A DNA stretch of 64,000 nucleotides from an uncultured Clostridia bacterium (GCA_937915455.1 CALDNN010000028.1:2212-66211), one strand, 5' to 3'; shown: positions 37,077 to 47,457, counted from the first letter of the stretch. Translations and numbers: made by a program. Notes: generated from the letters alone by a model not told the origin.

Positions 37077-38933
37077 ATGTCGCAGCCTTTTGATCCTTTA
37101 GAAGGAGAAGGAGGGAGGCAGTTGGATATCACCCTGCAAATGCGCAGCCTGGAGCTGCTTTTAAAGCTCATCAAGCACGATATGAGCGGCGTGCCGCAAT
37201 ATGGCTACCGCCGCCAAAAATTTGACCTTCCCGATGGAAGTTCTCTTTGCGCCCTGCCCCGCTGCACCCCGGAGGAAGCGGGCATCGCCAGCGCCGTGGT
37301 GGAGAGGCTCTTCACCAGCATCGACGAGCAATCGGATAAGCTGGGGCCGCACGGGGTGATGCTGCTACGCCATGGCAAGGTGCTTGCAGAGGGCTGGTGG
37401 GCCCCCTATAGGCCACAGATCCCCCACATGCTCTACTCCATGAGCAAGAGCGTGGTGGGCACGGCCGTGGGCATGGCCGTGGATGAAGGGCTACTCTCCG
37501 TAGACGAACTTTTGAGCGATGTTTTCAGCGATATGCCCGAGGCGCAGGGCAAGAGCATGCGCAATATGCGGGTGTGGCATTTGCTCACCATGTCCACAGG
37601 CAGCCGCTTCAACGAATTCGGCTCCATGTTGGATGCGGATTGGGTGCGCATGTTCTTGGAATCCACGCCCAGGTTTGAGCCGGGCACGGCTTTCGAGTAT
37701 GATTCCATGAATACCTATATGCTGGTTGCCGTGCTCAAACGCAAAACGGGCATGGGCCTGCTGGATTTCCTGGGTCCGCGCCTGTTCGCGCCTTTGGGCA
37801 TCACCCGCTACACGTGGGAAACCTGCCCGCAAAACCTCGAAAAGGGCGGCTGGGGCCTAAGCCTTTGCCTGGAGGACGCGGCTAAGCTGGGCCAGTTGTA
37901 CCTGCAAAACGGCCTTTGGGAGGGCCGCCGCCTGCTGAGCGAGGAATGGGTGCGCGAGGCTACCCGGCCGCAGATCGCCACGCCCAATGGCGAGAGCAAA
38001 TTCGGCTATGGTTACCAGATATGGGTCAACCCCATGGGCTACCAGTTCAACGGGGCCTTTGGCCAGTATGTGGTGGTAATGCCCAAATACGACGCCGTGG
38101 CAGCCATCTACAGCGGCAGTACCCAGCTCTTTGCCGAGAGCGACCTGCTGCAAATGCTGGATAAATGCTTCTGGGGCGCGGACGATACCCCTCTGCCGGA
38201 TCACCCGCAGGGCCAAGCGGATCTTGCCGCCAGGCTAAGCAGCCTGCTCGTGGCCCCGTCCCTGCTTTGGGAGGGCCTCTGCACGGACGCCGCCGCCTTT
38301 GAAGAGATCGCCGCGCGGTTGGATGGCCGGGAATACCGCCTGAGCGCCAACACGGGCTCCCTCTTCCCCCAGCCGCTGCAGAACGTGCACGGCAGCTATT
38401 CTTTGGGCACCGATCTTCTGCGCTTTGCGAGAACGCCCGGCGGCCTGGCGCTCACGGTCTACGAGAATGCCGAGCGCAATACCATTTACATCGATAATAA
38501 CGGCGGCTTCCATGATACGTGGATTGCGATGCGGGAGGAAGTCCATCTCGTCAGCACCCGCGCGCTTTGGCAATCAACGCCGGAGGAGATGCGGCTGATC
38601 CTGCTCACCAGCTTTTTGGAAACGCCGGATACCTGCCTGTTGTATATCTCCATCGCTGCGGATGGCAACATCGCCCTCACCTTCCACGAAAGCCCGAGCG
38701 TAGAGAGGGCCATGCGCATGCTGCTGGATTTGCTGGGCCTCACCGACAAGGCTTCCCTCAAGCGGCTGGTGCCCCTGATGAAGCATGTGCCGGGCTTTAA
38801 CGAAAACACCATCAACGACCTGGTGCGCCGCAACGCCGTGCCCGAAGCACGGGGCATACAAGTACGGGCGCACGACGAGGATCTGGCCCTCGCGGCGGGC
38901 GCGCAATTGCTGCTGCTCGCGGAAGGGAAATAG
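37077..38933 (+). CDS. Serine hydrolase of the beta-lactamase/transpeptidase-like family with a C-terminal extension
   Basis: The SxxK motif is YSMSKSVVG. A Y.N-like region (FEYDSMNTY) and about 250 aa of unassigned C-terminal sequence follow. Confidence 0.7.
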   Translation: MSQPFDPLEGEGGRQLDITLQMRSLELLLKLIKHDMSGVPQYGYRRQKFDLPDGSSLCALPRCTPEEAGIASAVVERLFTSIDEQSDKLGPHGVMLLRHGKVLAEGWWAPYRPQIPHMLYSMSKSVVGTAVGMAVDEGLLSVDELLSDVFSDMPEAQGKSMRNMRVWHLLTMSTGSRFNEFGSMLDADWVRMFLESTPRFEPGTAFEYDSMNTYMLVAVLKRKTGMGLLDFLGPRLFAPLGITRYTWETCPQNLEKGGWGLSLCLEDAAKLGQLYLQNGLWEGRRLLSEEWVREATRPQIATPNGESKFGYGYQIWVNPMGYQFNGAFGQYVVVMPKYDAVAAIYSGSTQLFAESDLLQMLDKCFWGADDTPLPDHPQGQADLAARLSSLLVAPSLLWEGLCTDAAAFEEIAARLDGREYRLSANTGSLFPQPLQNVHGSYSLGTDLLRFARTPGGLALTVYENAERNTIYIDNNGGFHDTWIAMREEVHLVSTRALWQSTPEEMRLILLTSFLETPDTCLLYISIAADGNIALTFHESPSVERAMRMLLDLLGLTDKASLKRLVPLMKHVPGFNENTINDLVRRNAVPEARGIQVRAHDEDLALAAGAQLLLLAEGK

Positions 38934-38986
38934 CACAATACGATGGGGGACGCATCCCCCGCGATACAAAAGGAGGAACCCATCCT

Positions 38987-39898
38987 ATGGAACCGGTATT
39001 GGTCATCATGGCGGCAGGCATGGGCAGCCGCTATGGCGGGCTCAAGCAGATCGACCCTGTGGATGAGGCGGGCAACCTCATCATCGACTTCTCTATCTTT
39101 GACGCACATCGCGCGGGGTTCAAAGAGGTCATCTTCATCATCAAAAAGGAGATCGAGGCAGATTTTCGCGCCGTGATCGGCGATCGCATATCTTCCCGTA
39201 TGAAGGTACAATACGCCTTCCAGCGTTTGGACGCCCTGCCCGCCGGCTTTACGCTGCCCAAAGGCAGGCAAAAGCCCTGGGGCACCACCCACGCCGTGCT
39301 CTGCGCCAAGGATGAGATCGGCAACCGTCCCTTCTGCGCCATCAACGCGGATGATTATTACGGCCCCGCAGCCTACCGGGCTGTGTATGATTACCTCACC
39401 GGCTCCCGGCCCCATGGCGAGCATGCCCTCGTCGCCTGGAACCTGGCCAATACCCTCACCGAGCACGGTTCCGTGGCCCGGGGCGTGTGCCAGGTGAAAA
39501 ACGGCTACCTCACGCACATCGAAGAGCGCAAGACCATCATCCAAGAGGGGGATGGCGGCGCGTTCACCGAGGATGGCGGCAAGAGTTACACCTCCCTCCC
39601 CGGCGGGACCCCGGTTTCCATGAATTTCTGGGGCTTTGGGCCGGAGATGCTGCCCCTGCTGGAAACAATCTTCCAAACGAACCTCAATTCCGGCGCTGCC
39701 GCGGCCGATCCCCTCAAATATGAAGACCTGCTGCCCAACGCCGTGCAATCCGCCATCGCTTTAGGCGAAGCTAAGGTGCGCGTGCTCACCACGCCCGATC
39801 GCTGGTTCGGCGTGACCTACCGCGAGGACAAGCCCCTGGTGGAGGCCTCCATTGCCGCCTGCAAGGCGCAGGGGCTGTATAGCGAGCGGTTGTGGTAA
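38987..39898 (+). CDS. Sugar-phosphate nucleotidyltransferase family protein
   Basis: The N-terminal motif is VIMAAGMGSRYGGLKQ (G-x-G-x-R, NTP_transferase). Confidence 0.65.
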   Translation: MEPVLVIMAAGMGSRYGGLKQIDPVDEAGNLIIDFSIFDAHRAGFKEVIFIIKKEIEADFRAVIGDRISSRMKVQYAFQRLDALPAGFTLPKGRQKPWGTTHAVLCAKDEIGNRPFCAINADDYYGPAAYRAVYDYLTGSRPHGEHALVAWNLANTLTEHGSVARGVCQVKNGYLTHIEERKTIIQEGDGGAFTEDGGKSYTSLPGGTPVSMNFWGFGPEMLPLLETIFQTNLNSGAAAADPLKYEDLLPNAVQSAIALGEAKVRVLTTPDRWFGVTYREDKPLVEASIAACKAQGLYSERLW

Positions 39899-39957
39899 GG
39901 AATTTATCAAAGCAACGGGCCCGCAGGCTGATGCCTGCGGGCCCGTTGCTTTAGGAT

Positions 39958-40815
39958 TTACTTTTTCTCCACTGGCATCCAGACCTCACACCGATAATCC
40001 GCGGCCTGCTGGTTCCCCTCGAAATACACTTCGATATCCGGCGCGTTTGCATACTCATAACCGGAATTCGGAAGCCATTCGCGGATAATGCGCATTTGCA
40101 GGTCCTGGATGGCTGTCGGCATGGGGCCGACGCAGGTGAAAATGGCCCATGTACAGGCGGGAACCGTATATTCCTCCAACCCCGCAGGCACAGCCATGTC
40201 GCTGGGCGCGGCAATGTAATAATCGAAATCCTTGCCGCTCATGCAGGTGCTTACGCCCAGTATGCCTTTCGGTTCCTGATTCAACAGGCCCAGAATCTGT
40301 GCAAAAACGCCGCTTTGCACCGTCTTTGCCCAAAATGCCGGAGCCTGCATAAGGTTCTCTTCCACATTCAGCGCATAATGCTCTTTGACGCCGATAATTC
40401 TGAACGCGTCCCTCTTTTCAATGCGATAGTTCATTTCAGCTTCTCCTTTAATGGTGATTTTGAAGCTGATGGGCAGGTAGGCTTTGAGGATTGCGCCGGG
40501 CTTTCGCGCTTCGGAAGGGGCAAGCCCATGTACGCTCTGAAAGGCGCGGTTAAAAGCAGTAGGCGAATCATAGCCGTATTTCAAGGCAATGTCAATGATC
40601 CGCGCGCTCCCTTTCTGCAAATCCGCAGCCGCCCTTGTCATTTTCCTCCTTCGTATGTATACCGAAAGCGGCACCTCCGCCAAATAGGAAAACATACGCT
40701 GGAAATGAAACGGGGAGCAGCAGGCGATCTGTGCCATGCGTGCCAGTTCAATTTCATCTTCCAGGTTCTCTTCCAGATACGCTATCGCCGCATTGAGTCT
40801 GCCCAGCCATTCCAT
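39958..40815 (-). CDS. AraC family transcriptional regulator with a GyrI-like effector-binding domain
   Basis: The HTH_18 region is AQIACCSPFHFQRMFS...IALKYGYDSPTAFNRAF. The C-terminal half resembles GyrI/SbmC. The ATG at 40815 has a GGAGGAGG SD. Confidence 0.8.
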   Translation of the reverse strand: MEWLGRLNAAIAYLEENLEDEIELARMAQIACCSPFHFQRMFSYLAEVPLSVYIRRRKMTRAAADLQKGSARIIDIALKYGYDSPTAFNRAFQSVHGLAPSEARKPGAILKAYLPISFKITIKGEAEMNYRIEKRDAFRIIGVKEHYALNVEENLMQAPAFWAKTVQSGVFAQILGLLNQEPKGILGVSTCMSGKDFDYYIAAPSDMAVPAGLEEYTVPACTWAIFTCVGPMPTAIQDLQMRIIREWLPNSGYEYANAPDIEVYFEGNQQAADYRCEVWMPVEKK

Positions 40816-40926
40816 ACCATCATCTCCTCCTCCCATATTAAAGGGGCAAAGCCACAGCGTCCTCTCTTTTCCTGCACAGAGAAGAGAGGACGCGTTTTTC
40901 ATGTTTCTCGTTTTTTGCCACAGCCC

Positions 40927-42300
40927 TTAGAGGAGCTTTTTCGTTTGCTTATATACGTCGCCGCTGCCCAGCGTGATGACCATATCGCCGGGGTTGGCGT
41001 GGGCCAGCAGGTAGGCGCGGATGGATTCGAAGGTGCCCAGGTAAACCGCGTTGCCGCCGCAGGCGTTGATGGCCTTCACCATATCGCGGGCGTGTACGGA
41101 GCCGTCGTCGATCTCCCTGCCGGGGAATATATCCGGCACCAGCACCTCGTCGGCAAAGTTGAAGCAGCTCACATTATGCAGGAACAAGGTTTTGGCCCGG
41201 GTATAGCTGTTGCATTGAAATACGCACCAGAGCTTGCGCTTGGTCATGCGGCGCGCACCTTCCAGGGTGACCTCGATTTCCGAGGGATGGTGTGCGTAAT
41301 CGTGATAGACCCGCACGCCGCCCTTTTCGCCGTAATACTCGAAGCGCCGCCGCGTGTTGCGGAATTTGGCCAGGGAAGCGGCGATCTCCGCAAAGGGTGC
41401 GCCCAGGTGCAAAGCCGTGGCCGCAGCAGCCATGGAATCAATGATCTGATAGGTACCCTGTACGTGCAGGGTGATACGGCCCAGGTTCTTGCCCCGATAG
41501 GTGAGGTCGTAAGAGGGGCAGCCGTCGCTGTCGTAGGTCACATCGTCGGGCACGTAATCGGCGCTGGCCATACCGTAGCTGACCTTGTTGCCGGGAAAAT
41601 GGTCGTAAAGCTTGCGCACGCGGGGATCATCCGTGCAGGCGAAGAGATAACCATCTTCGGGCAGGCGCTCTACGAACTGCTTGAATGCGGCCTCGATGTT
41701 TTCGATGGTTTTGTAATAATCGAGGTGGTCGTTATCGATGTTGTTCACCACGGCGATGGTGGGCCGCAGGGTGAGAAAGCTGCCCACATATTCGCAGGCC
41801 TCGGTGATGAACAGGTCGTGCGAGCCGATGCGGGTGCCGCCCTGGAGAAATTCCGTATAGCCGCCGATGTGCACGGTGGCGTCTAGCGAGCCATATTCGC
41901 TGATGAGGGCCAGCATGGAGGTGATGGTGGTTTTCCCGTGGCAGCCGGCCACGCCCACAACCTCTTTGTAGCCTTCGGAAAGCTGGCCCAGGGCCTGGCT
42001 GCGCTCCAGTTCCGGGATGCCCAGCTCTTTGGCCCGTATACGCTCCGGGTTATCCGGCTTGATGGCTGCGGAGTAGATCAACAGATCCGCGCCCAGCACG
42101 TTTTCGGCGGCCTGACCGATGGTCACGGGTATGCCCAGCTGGGCCAGCCGCTCGGTGAAGGGGGAGGTCGTGCTGTCGCTACCGCGCACGGTGTAGCCGC
42201 GGGCAGCCAGCACCTGAGCTAGGCCGTTCATGGAGCAGCCGCCGATGCCGCTGAGGTGGATGATTTTATGGTCGGTGATGTGGGGAATAGGGTCTATCAT
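40927..42300 (-). CDS. murC: UDP-N-acetylmuramate--L-alanine ligase
   Basis: IHLSGIGGCSMNGLAQVL, GCHGKTTITSM and the overall Mur ligase layout. Confidence 0.9.
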   Translation of the reverse strand: MIDPIPHITDHKIIHLSGIGGCSMNGLAQVLAARGYTVRGSDSTTSPFTERLAQLGIPVTIGQAAENVLGADLLIYSAAIKPDNPERIRAKELGIPELERSQALGQLSEGYKEVVGVAGCHGKTTITSMLALISEYGSLDATVHIGGYTEFLQGGTRIGSHDLFITEACEYVGSFLTLRPTIAVVNNIDNDHLDYYKTIENIEAAFKQFVERLPEDGYLFACTDDPRVRKLYDHFPGNKVSYGMASADYVPDDVTYDSDGCPSYDLTYRGKNLGRITLHVQGTYQIIDSMAAAATALHLGAPFAEIAASLAKFRNTRRRFEYYGEKGGVRVYHDYAHHPSEIEVTLEGARRMTKRKLWCVFQCNSYTRAKTLFLHNVSCFNFADEVLVPDIFPGREIDDGSVHARDMVKAINACGGNAVYLGTFESIRAYLLAHANPGDMVITLGSGDVYKQTKKLL

Positions 42301-42380
42301 GGGATCACCTCCGATATGGGTTTATGGCAGGAAGGGGAGCGCCGGGGCGCACCCCGTTGGGTACCATTTTGATAGAAATA

Positions 42381-43226
42381 TTATACCGCAAAAGCGCCCG
42401 TTCGGCAAACGGTATGGAAGGGAACATCCGCAAAGCCTGGCAGAGCGGCGCGGGCGGCTGATTCGGAGGGGAACAGGCCGGCCACACAGGCCCCGCTGCC
42501 CGTCATAAAGGCGGCCAGCGCCCCGGCTGCTTGCAGCCGGGCCTTCAAGCGGCCGATCTCCGGCAGCAGGGATGTGGCCGGGCTTTCCAGCGCGTTTTGC
42601 AGGAAGGGGGCCAGGTATTCCGCCGGGCCGGAAAGGGCCGCCAGGGCGGCCGGCGTATCCGGATGGGGCAGGGGCAGGGTCAGAGAGCGGAAGAGCGCCG
42701 GGGTGGATACGCCTCCGCGCCCCTTCAGGAGCACCACGTGCAGCTCCGGCGCGGGCAAGGGGGTCAGCTTTTCGCCGATGCCTTCGGCCAAAGCGCAGCC
42801 TCCTAGCAGGCAGAAGGGCACATCCGCGCCGATGGAACGGGCCAGGGAGAAGAGGACCTCGTCTTCTACGCCGCCGTAGAGCCTTTGAAGGCCCCGCAGC
42901 ACCGCAGCCGCATCCGCGCTGCCCCCCCCCAGGCCGGCCCGGCCGGGAATGCGTTTGTTAATATGTATGCGGCAGGCCCGCCCGGTTTGCGCGAAAAATG
43001 CGCGGGCCGCTAGGTAAGCGGTGTTCTTTTCCGGCCGCGGCGCGGGCATGTTGCCCTCCCAGGTCAGGGAAATTTCCCTGGCCTGGGCCAGGCTGATCTC
43101 ATCATATAGATCGATACTGGCCATGATGGAGCAGAGCTCATGGTAACCATCAGCCCTGCGGCCCAGCACATCCAGCGTGAGGTTAAGCTTGGCCGGGGCC
43201 AAAAGGTGTAAAACATCAGTATGCAT
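42381..43226 (-). CDS. ispE: 4-(cytidine 5'-diphospho)-2-C-methyl-D-erythritol kinase
   Basis: APAKLNLTLDVLGRRADGYHEL and the GHMP motif PGRAGLGGGSADAAA. Confidence 0.9.
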   Translation of the reverse strand: MHTDVLHLLAPAKLNLTLDVLGRRADGYHELCSIMASIDLYDEISLAQAREISLTWEGNMPAPRPEKNTAYLAARAFFAQTGRACRIHINKRIPGRAGLGGGSADAAAVLRGLQRLYGGVEDEVLFSLARSIGADVPFCLLGGCALAEGIGEKLTPLPAPELHVVLLKGRGGVSTPALFRSLTLPLPHPDTPAALAALSGPAEYLAPFLQNALESPATSLLPEIGRLKARLQAAGALAAFMTGSGACVAGLFPSESAARAALPGFADVPFHTVCRTGAFAV

Positions 43227-43299
43227 ATCATCATTGTATCATAATCGCGCCAGTGGGCAAGAATCCTCTATAAAAAGGTTTATGAAACGAGGTGTTTTT

Positions 43300-43848
43300 A
43301 TGCGATACAAAATGGTTTTATGGCTTACACTGGCACTAATGCTGGGGGGTGCGGTTGCCTTTGCGGCGGATGCGCAAATGGGCCAGGCGGATATCCTGCG
43401 CCTGCACGTGATCGCCAACAGCGATTCGGTGGAAGATCAGGCGGCGAAGCTGCGTGTGCGGGACGCAATTTTGGCATATGAGGCGGTTCGGCCGGATGCG
43501 CTAAGCGCACAGGCCGCGCGGCAGGCAATTTTGGCGGATGGGCCGGGCCTGCTGGCCGTGGTGGAGCAAAGCCTTCGGGAGAGCGGCATGAGCTACGGCG
43601 CGCGGCTGGCCCTAGGGCGCTATGATTTCCCAGAGCGGGATTATGGCGGCGCGTTGTACCCGGCCGGGGAATACACCGCGCTGCGGGTGGTGCTGGGAGA
43701 AGGCGCTGGGCAAAATTGGTGGTGCGTATTGTTTCCACCTCTGTGCATATTGGAGCTGCCGGATGGGGAAATTGAGGATGAGGAAATGCAAAGCCTGATA
43801 CTCAAACTTTGGAAGGAAGGGAAGAACAAGGATGATTCGGATGGATAA
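43300..43848 (+). CDS. spoIIR: Stage II sporulation protein R
   Basis: A signal/TM segment followed by ILRLHVIANSDSVEDQAAKLRVRDAIL and WWCVLFPPLC. An alternative ATG lies at 43282. Confidence 0.85.
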   Translation: MRYKMVLWLTLALMLGGAVAFAADAQMGQADILRLHVIANSDSVEDQAAKLRVRDAILAYEAVRPDALSAQAARQAILADGPGLLAVVEQSLRESGMSYGARLALGRYDFPERDYGGALYPAGEYTALRVVLGEGAGQNWWCVLFPPLCILELPDGEIEDEEMQSLILKLWKEGKNKDDSDG

Positions 43849-44524
43849 GCGGCGAGCGCTGGCCCTGCTCGTACTCCTGTTGTGCCTGCTGGGCCTGTTG
43901 ATCCCCATCACGGCCCAAGCAGCCGCGCTGAAGGTAGGCAGCCAGGGCGAGCAGGTGAAAACGCTGCAAACCAAGCTCAAGCGCTGGGGCTATTACAGCG
44001 GCAATGTGGATGGCGTATTCGGCGGCGGCACCAAGGCGGCCGTGGTCAATTTTCAAAAGGCCAATGGGCTGACGGCGGATGGGGTAGTAGGTGCGGGTAC
44101 GGCCAAGGCCCTGGGCATGAGCACGGGCGGGACTTCCGGCGGTGGTTCCTCCGGTGGCGGCGGCGGCAGCAACAAAAATGATCTGTATCTATTGGCGCGG
44201 CTGGTCTATGGCGAGGCCCGGGGTGAACCCTATAAGGGCCAGGTGGCAGTGGCCGCCGTGGTGCTCAACCGCATCAAGAGCAGCTCCTTTCCCAACAGCA
44301 CGAGCGGGGTAATCTACCAGAGCGGGGCATTTTCGGTGGTGGCGGATGGGCAGATCAACCTTTCCCCCAACGAGACGGCCATTAAGGCCGCGCGGGACGC
44401 CATGAACGGCTGGGACCCGACGGGCGGCTGTCTCTATTATTACAACCCGGCCAAGACGACCAACAAATGGATGCTTTCAAAGCCGGTTCTGCTGAGCATC
44501 GGCAAGCATGCGTTTTTCAAGTGA
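43832..44524 (+). CDS. sleB: Spore cortex-lytic enzyme SleB-like (PG_binding_1 plus Hydrolase_2 domains)
   Basis: The PG-binding repeat is GSQGEQVKTLQTKLKRWGYYSGNVDGVFG. The catalytic domain is LLARLVYGEARGEPYKGQVAVAAVVLNR. ypeB lies immediately downstream. Confidence 0.85.
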   Translation: MIRMDKRRALALLVLLLCLLGLLIPITAQAAALKVGSQGEQVKTLQTKLKRWGYYSGNVDGVFGGGTKAAVVNFQKANGLTADGVVGAGTAKALGMSTGGTSGGGSSGGGGGSNKNDLYLLARLVYGEARGEPYKGQVAVAAVVLNRIKSSSFPNSTSGVIYQSGAFSVVADGQINLSPNETAIKAARDAMNGWDPTGGCLYYYNPAKTTNKWMLSKPVLLSIGKHAFFK

Positions 44525-44533
44525 GGATAGGTT

Positions 44534-45916
44534 ATGAGCGAAAGAGCTAGGACAATCATCGAGCGCTATGTGATCCCCGCCGTTTTGGCGATCGCCCTGG
44601 TCACTGTGGCCTGGTGGGGTACGCAGCAAAAAGCCAGCGCGGCCAATTATAAGAACACGACGGAATCCATGTACCGCCGGGCCTATGGAGACCTGAGCGA
44701 TAACCTTTACGACATGGAGAGCACCCTGGCCAAGCTTCTTGCCGTCAACTCCCACGGCCAGCGCATCCTGCTGCTGGATGAGGTGTGGCGGCTTTCGGGC
44801 AGCGCGGTGAGCAGCATGTCGCAAATTCCCCTCTCCCATGTGGATACGGAGGAACTCAACCGCTTCGTTGTACGGGTGGGGGATTACGCCCACTCGCTGA
44901 CCAAGAAGGCCATCCGCGGCGAGAATGTTTCCGAAGAGGACGCTACGAGCCTATCGGAGCTTAGGGATACCTGCCGCAAGTTAGCGGAGCAGACCGCGCA
45001 ACGCCTGGAGAGCGGCAACATCCCCCTCACGGCCATGACGACAGATGGCTATTTCACAGCGGCTGAGGAACAGGCCGGGGCCGGGGGCCAGGAACAGGCC
45101 GGAGCCGGAGGCGAGGGGCAGGGTGGCCAAAAGAACGAGGGCATTACAGAATTCCCCACCCTCATCTATGACGGACCCTTCTCGGAGAGCTCGGAGAAGC
45201 TCCAGCCCAGAGGCCTTGGCGGCGAGGATGTGAGTGAGGAGCAAGCCAAACAGGTGGCTGAGGCCATCGCAGGCATGGGCCTCAACCCTACCGGCCTCGT
45301 GGACGGCAGCATCCCTGCCTATGGCTTTGGCTATACGGATGAAAACGGTGGCTGGGTAGAGGCCGAGGTCACCAAGAAGGGCGGCAAGCTGCTTTGGTAT
45401 ATGCGGCCGGCCAGCGGCAACGCCGAGGGCAGGCCCGAGCAGAGCGAGGCCGAACGCTACCGTGATACCGCCCTTAAAAAGCTGGAAGAGCTGGGCTACG
45501 CGGGCATGAAGGCCACTTACGCCCAGTATTACGGCGGCGCGGCCCTCATCAACTGCGCGGCCACCCAGGGCAACATCATTCTCTACAGCGATTTGGTGAA
45601 GGTTTGGGTGGATCGAGAGACATTGGAGGTCATCGGTCTGGATGCGCGCAACTACCTCTTCAGCCACGTGGAGCGCCAGCTTGCCGAGCCTGCCCTGCCC
45701 CTTGAGGAGGCGGAGACAAAAATTTCTCCCAAGCTGGAGATCGGCAGCCGTGAGCTGGCCCTGATCCCCATCACCCCGGAAACCGAGAAGCTCTGCTATG
45801 AATTCAAGTGTACGCTGGGAAATGACAGCTACATCCTCTACATCAACGCAGAGGATGGCAGCGAGGAACAGGTGTTCCGCATTATCGACAGCGAGGACGG
45901 CACGCTGGTTATATAA
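44534..45916 (+). CDS. ypeB: Germination protein YpeB
   Basis: An N-terminal TM segment. The size and position directly after sleB fit. C-terminal PepSY-like repeats are present. Confidence 0.8.
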   Translation: MSERARTIIERYVIPAVLAIALVTVAWWGTQQKASAANYKNTTESMYRRAYGDLSDNLYDMESTLAKLLAVNSHGQRILLLDEVWRLSGSAVSSMSQIPLSHVDTEELNRFVVRVGDYAHSLTKKAIRGENVSEEDATSLSELRDTCRKLAEQTAQRLESGNIPLTAMTTDGYFTAAEEQAGAGGQEQAGAGGEGQGGQKNEGITEFPTLIYDGPFSESSEKLQPRGLGGEDVSEEQAKQVAEAIAGMGLNPTGLVDGSIPAYGFGYTDENGGWVEAEVTKKGGKLLWYMRPASGNAEGRPEQSEAERYRDTALKKLEELGYAGMKATYAQYYGGAALINCAATQGNIILYSDLVKVWVDRETLEVIGLDARNYLFSHVERQLAEPALPLEEAETKISPKLEIGSRELALIPITPETEKLCYEFKCTLGNDSYILYINAEDGSEEQVFRIIDSEDGTLVI

Positions 45917-46096
45917 AATCCCTTCGGGCAAAGCGGGGGCGGCGAAACTAAAAACGCCGGCCCCGCATTTATAATTATGCACCGCGAGAGCGGGCAATCT
46001 GAAACCCCCATATTTTAACAGGCACGCGCCTTGACAAGAGGCCACAAAGGCCGTATTCTAAAAGGTACAAATATTTTTCGAATGGGGGTCCTACGC

Positions 46097-46702
46097 ATGA
46101 TTAACCCCCATGAAATGGTACGGCAGGCCCTGCGTGCATGGCTCGAACCAGCCGCCTCCCTAACGGAGGAGGATATCTGCACAGACGCCCGGGGCTGCCA
46201 GGCCTCTGCGCCTTTGGCGTGGCGCGCGCAGGTGCCGGCCGAAGAAGCGCTGGCACGCGCCTTCGCCGGGCCGCCTGCGCGGCTCTTGGGCGCGCCGCTG
46301 GTCGAAAAGGCCTACCTATGCGGCGGCTACGCCTGCTTTTTGCTTACGGGGGAGGCATATGCGGCTATGCTTACGCATATAATAGCCAGCACACCCCGGC
46401 CCAACCTGCCCGATCCCGCACATGACGAGGTGGATTACGCCATCGCCCGGATGCTGATGCTCTCCCGCAAGGGCGGCACGGGCTGCCCGGCGGATGCGCT
46501 GGCGCGGCAGGCCCTCTGGCTGGCCATGGGCATCATAGATGCACAGGGCCCCCGCCGCGAGGCCCGAAGGAAACGGGCCGCCAGGGTGCTCACCAGCCTG
46601 ATGCGGGAGCGGCCTATAAAAGAACGAATGGCGCTTGCCGCATCCATGGGGCAGGCCGCGGCCTGCGCGGCCCGGCTGCTCGCTTACGAGGCTGTATATT
46701 GA
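46097..46702 (+). CDS. Hypothetical protein resembling the ArgRS N-terminal domain plus a DALR-like anticodon-binding helix bundle, with no catalytic core
   Basis: LVEKAYLCGGYACFLLTGEAY recalls the ArgRS N-domain string (V)EIAGPGFINFFL. The C-terminal part is helical and Arg-rich. This is by-eye similarity only. Confidence 0.35.
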   Translation: MINPHEMVRQALRAWLEPAASLTEEDICTDARGCQASAPLAWRAQVPAEEALARAFAGPPARLLGAPLVEKAYLCGGYACFLLTGEAYAAMLTHIIASTPRPNLPDPAHDEVDYAIARMLMLSRKGGTGCPADALARQALWLAMGIIDAQGPRREARRKRAARVLTSLMRERPIKERMALAASMGQAAACAARLLAYEAVY

Positions 46703-46720
46703 CTTTAGGAGGAAATTGAT

Positions 46721-47383
46721 ATGGATATTAAATGGCTTGGGCACTCCTGCTTTTTGCTCACCGGCCAGGATGGAACCCGCATCCTGATGGATCCTTGCGA
46801 CCCCGCTACCGGCTACGAGATCCAGCCCGTAGAGGTGGATGCCGTGACCAGCAGCCATGACCACCACGACCATAACTACCTGCGCCTGGCGCTGGGTGAA
46901 AACGTGCGGCGCATCACGGAGCCGGGCACATTTTCCGTAAAGGGCGCCACGATCATCGGCTTCCCCACCTGGCACGATAACCAGGGCGGCGTGCTTCGCG
47001 GCGGAAACATTATGTACATGATCGAAATGGACGGCCTGCGCCTGCTGCACGCGGGAGATCTGGGCCATATCCCGGATGCAGAAACGCGATCTGCCCTGGG
47101 CCGGGTGGATATCCTGATGATTCCCATCGGCGGCACCTATACGCTCGATCACGTAGGCGCGCTGGAGCTATGCGACCTGCTGCACCCCGCCGTGGTGGTA
47201 CCCATGCATTATAAGACCAAAAACCTCAACATGCCCATCGGCGAGCTTTTGCCTTTCCTCGATCGGGCCAACAAAAACTGGCGTGTGCACCGCATGCGCC
47301 AGAGCGATGCTGTCATCACCCCGGAAAGCCTGGGTAAGGATCGTATCATCGTGCTCACCTACGAGGGGAAGCGCATCGATTAA
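46721..47383 (+). CDS. MBL-fold metallo-hydrolase
   Basis: MDIKWLGHSCFLL..G.RILMDP, with the HxHxDH-type motif SSHDHHDHN. Confidence 0.8.
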   Translation: MDIKWLGHSCFLLTGQDGTRILMDPCDPATGYEIQPVEVDAVTSSHDHHDHNYLRLALGENVRRITEPGTFSVKGATIIGFPTWHDNQGGVLRGGNIMYMIEMDGLRLLHAGDLGHIPDAETRSALGRVDILMIPIGGTYTLDHVGALELCDLLHPAVVVPMHYKTKNLNMPIGELLPFLDRANKNWRVHRMRQSDAVITPESLGKDRIIVLTYEGKRID

Positions 47384-47457
47384 AAACCCGAAGAATGCAG
47401 GCATAATAAAAAACGGCTGGGCAAATGCTCAGCCGCTTTAAAACGCTGTACGCCCGA

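Noticed and set aside
38486-39748. A 420-aa minus-strand ORF across the serine hydrolase / nucleotidyltransferase junction
   Set aside because: It crosses an intergenic gap between two confident plus-strand genes and shows an antisense codon pattern. It is a shadow ORF. The same reasoning applies to 35822-36793, 32464-33534, 44981-46045, 62547-63461 and the other long antisense entries.
40096-41886. A 596-aa plus-strand ORF overlapping murC and the AraC gene
   Set aside because: It is antisense to two well-supported genes. It has the same GC-driven shadow-ORF composition and no recognisable motifs.
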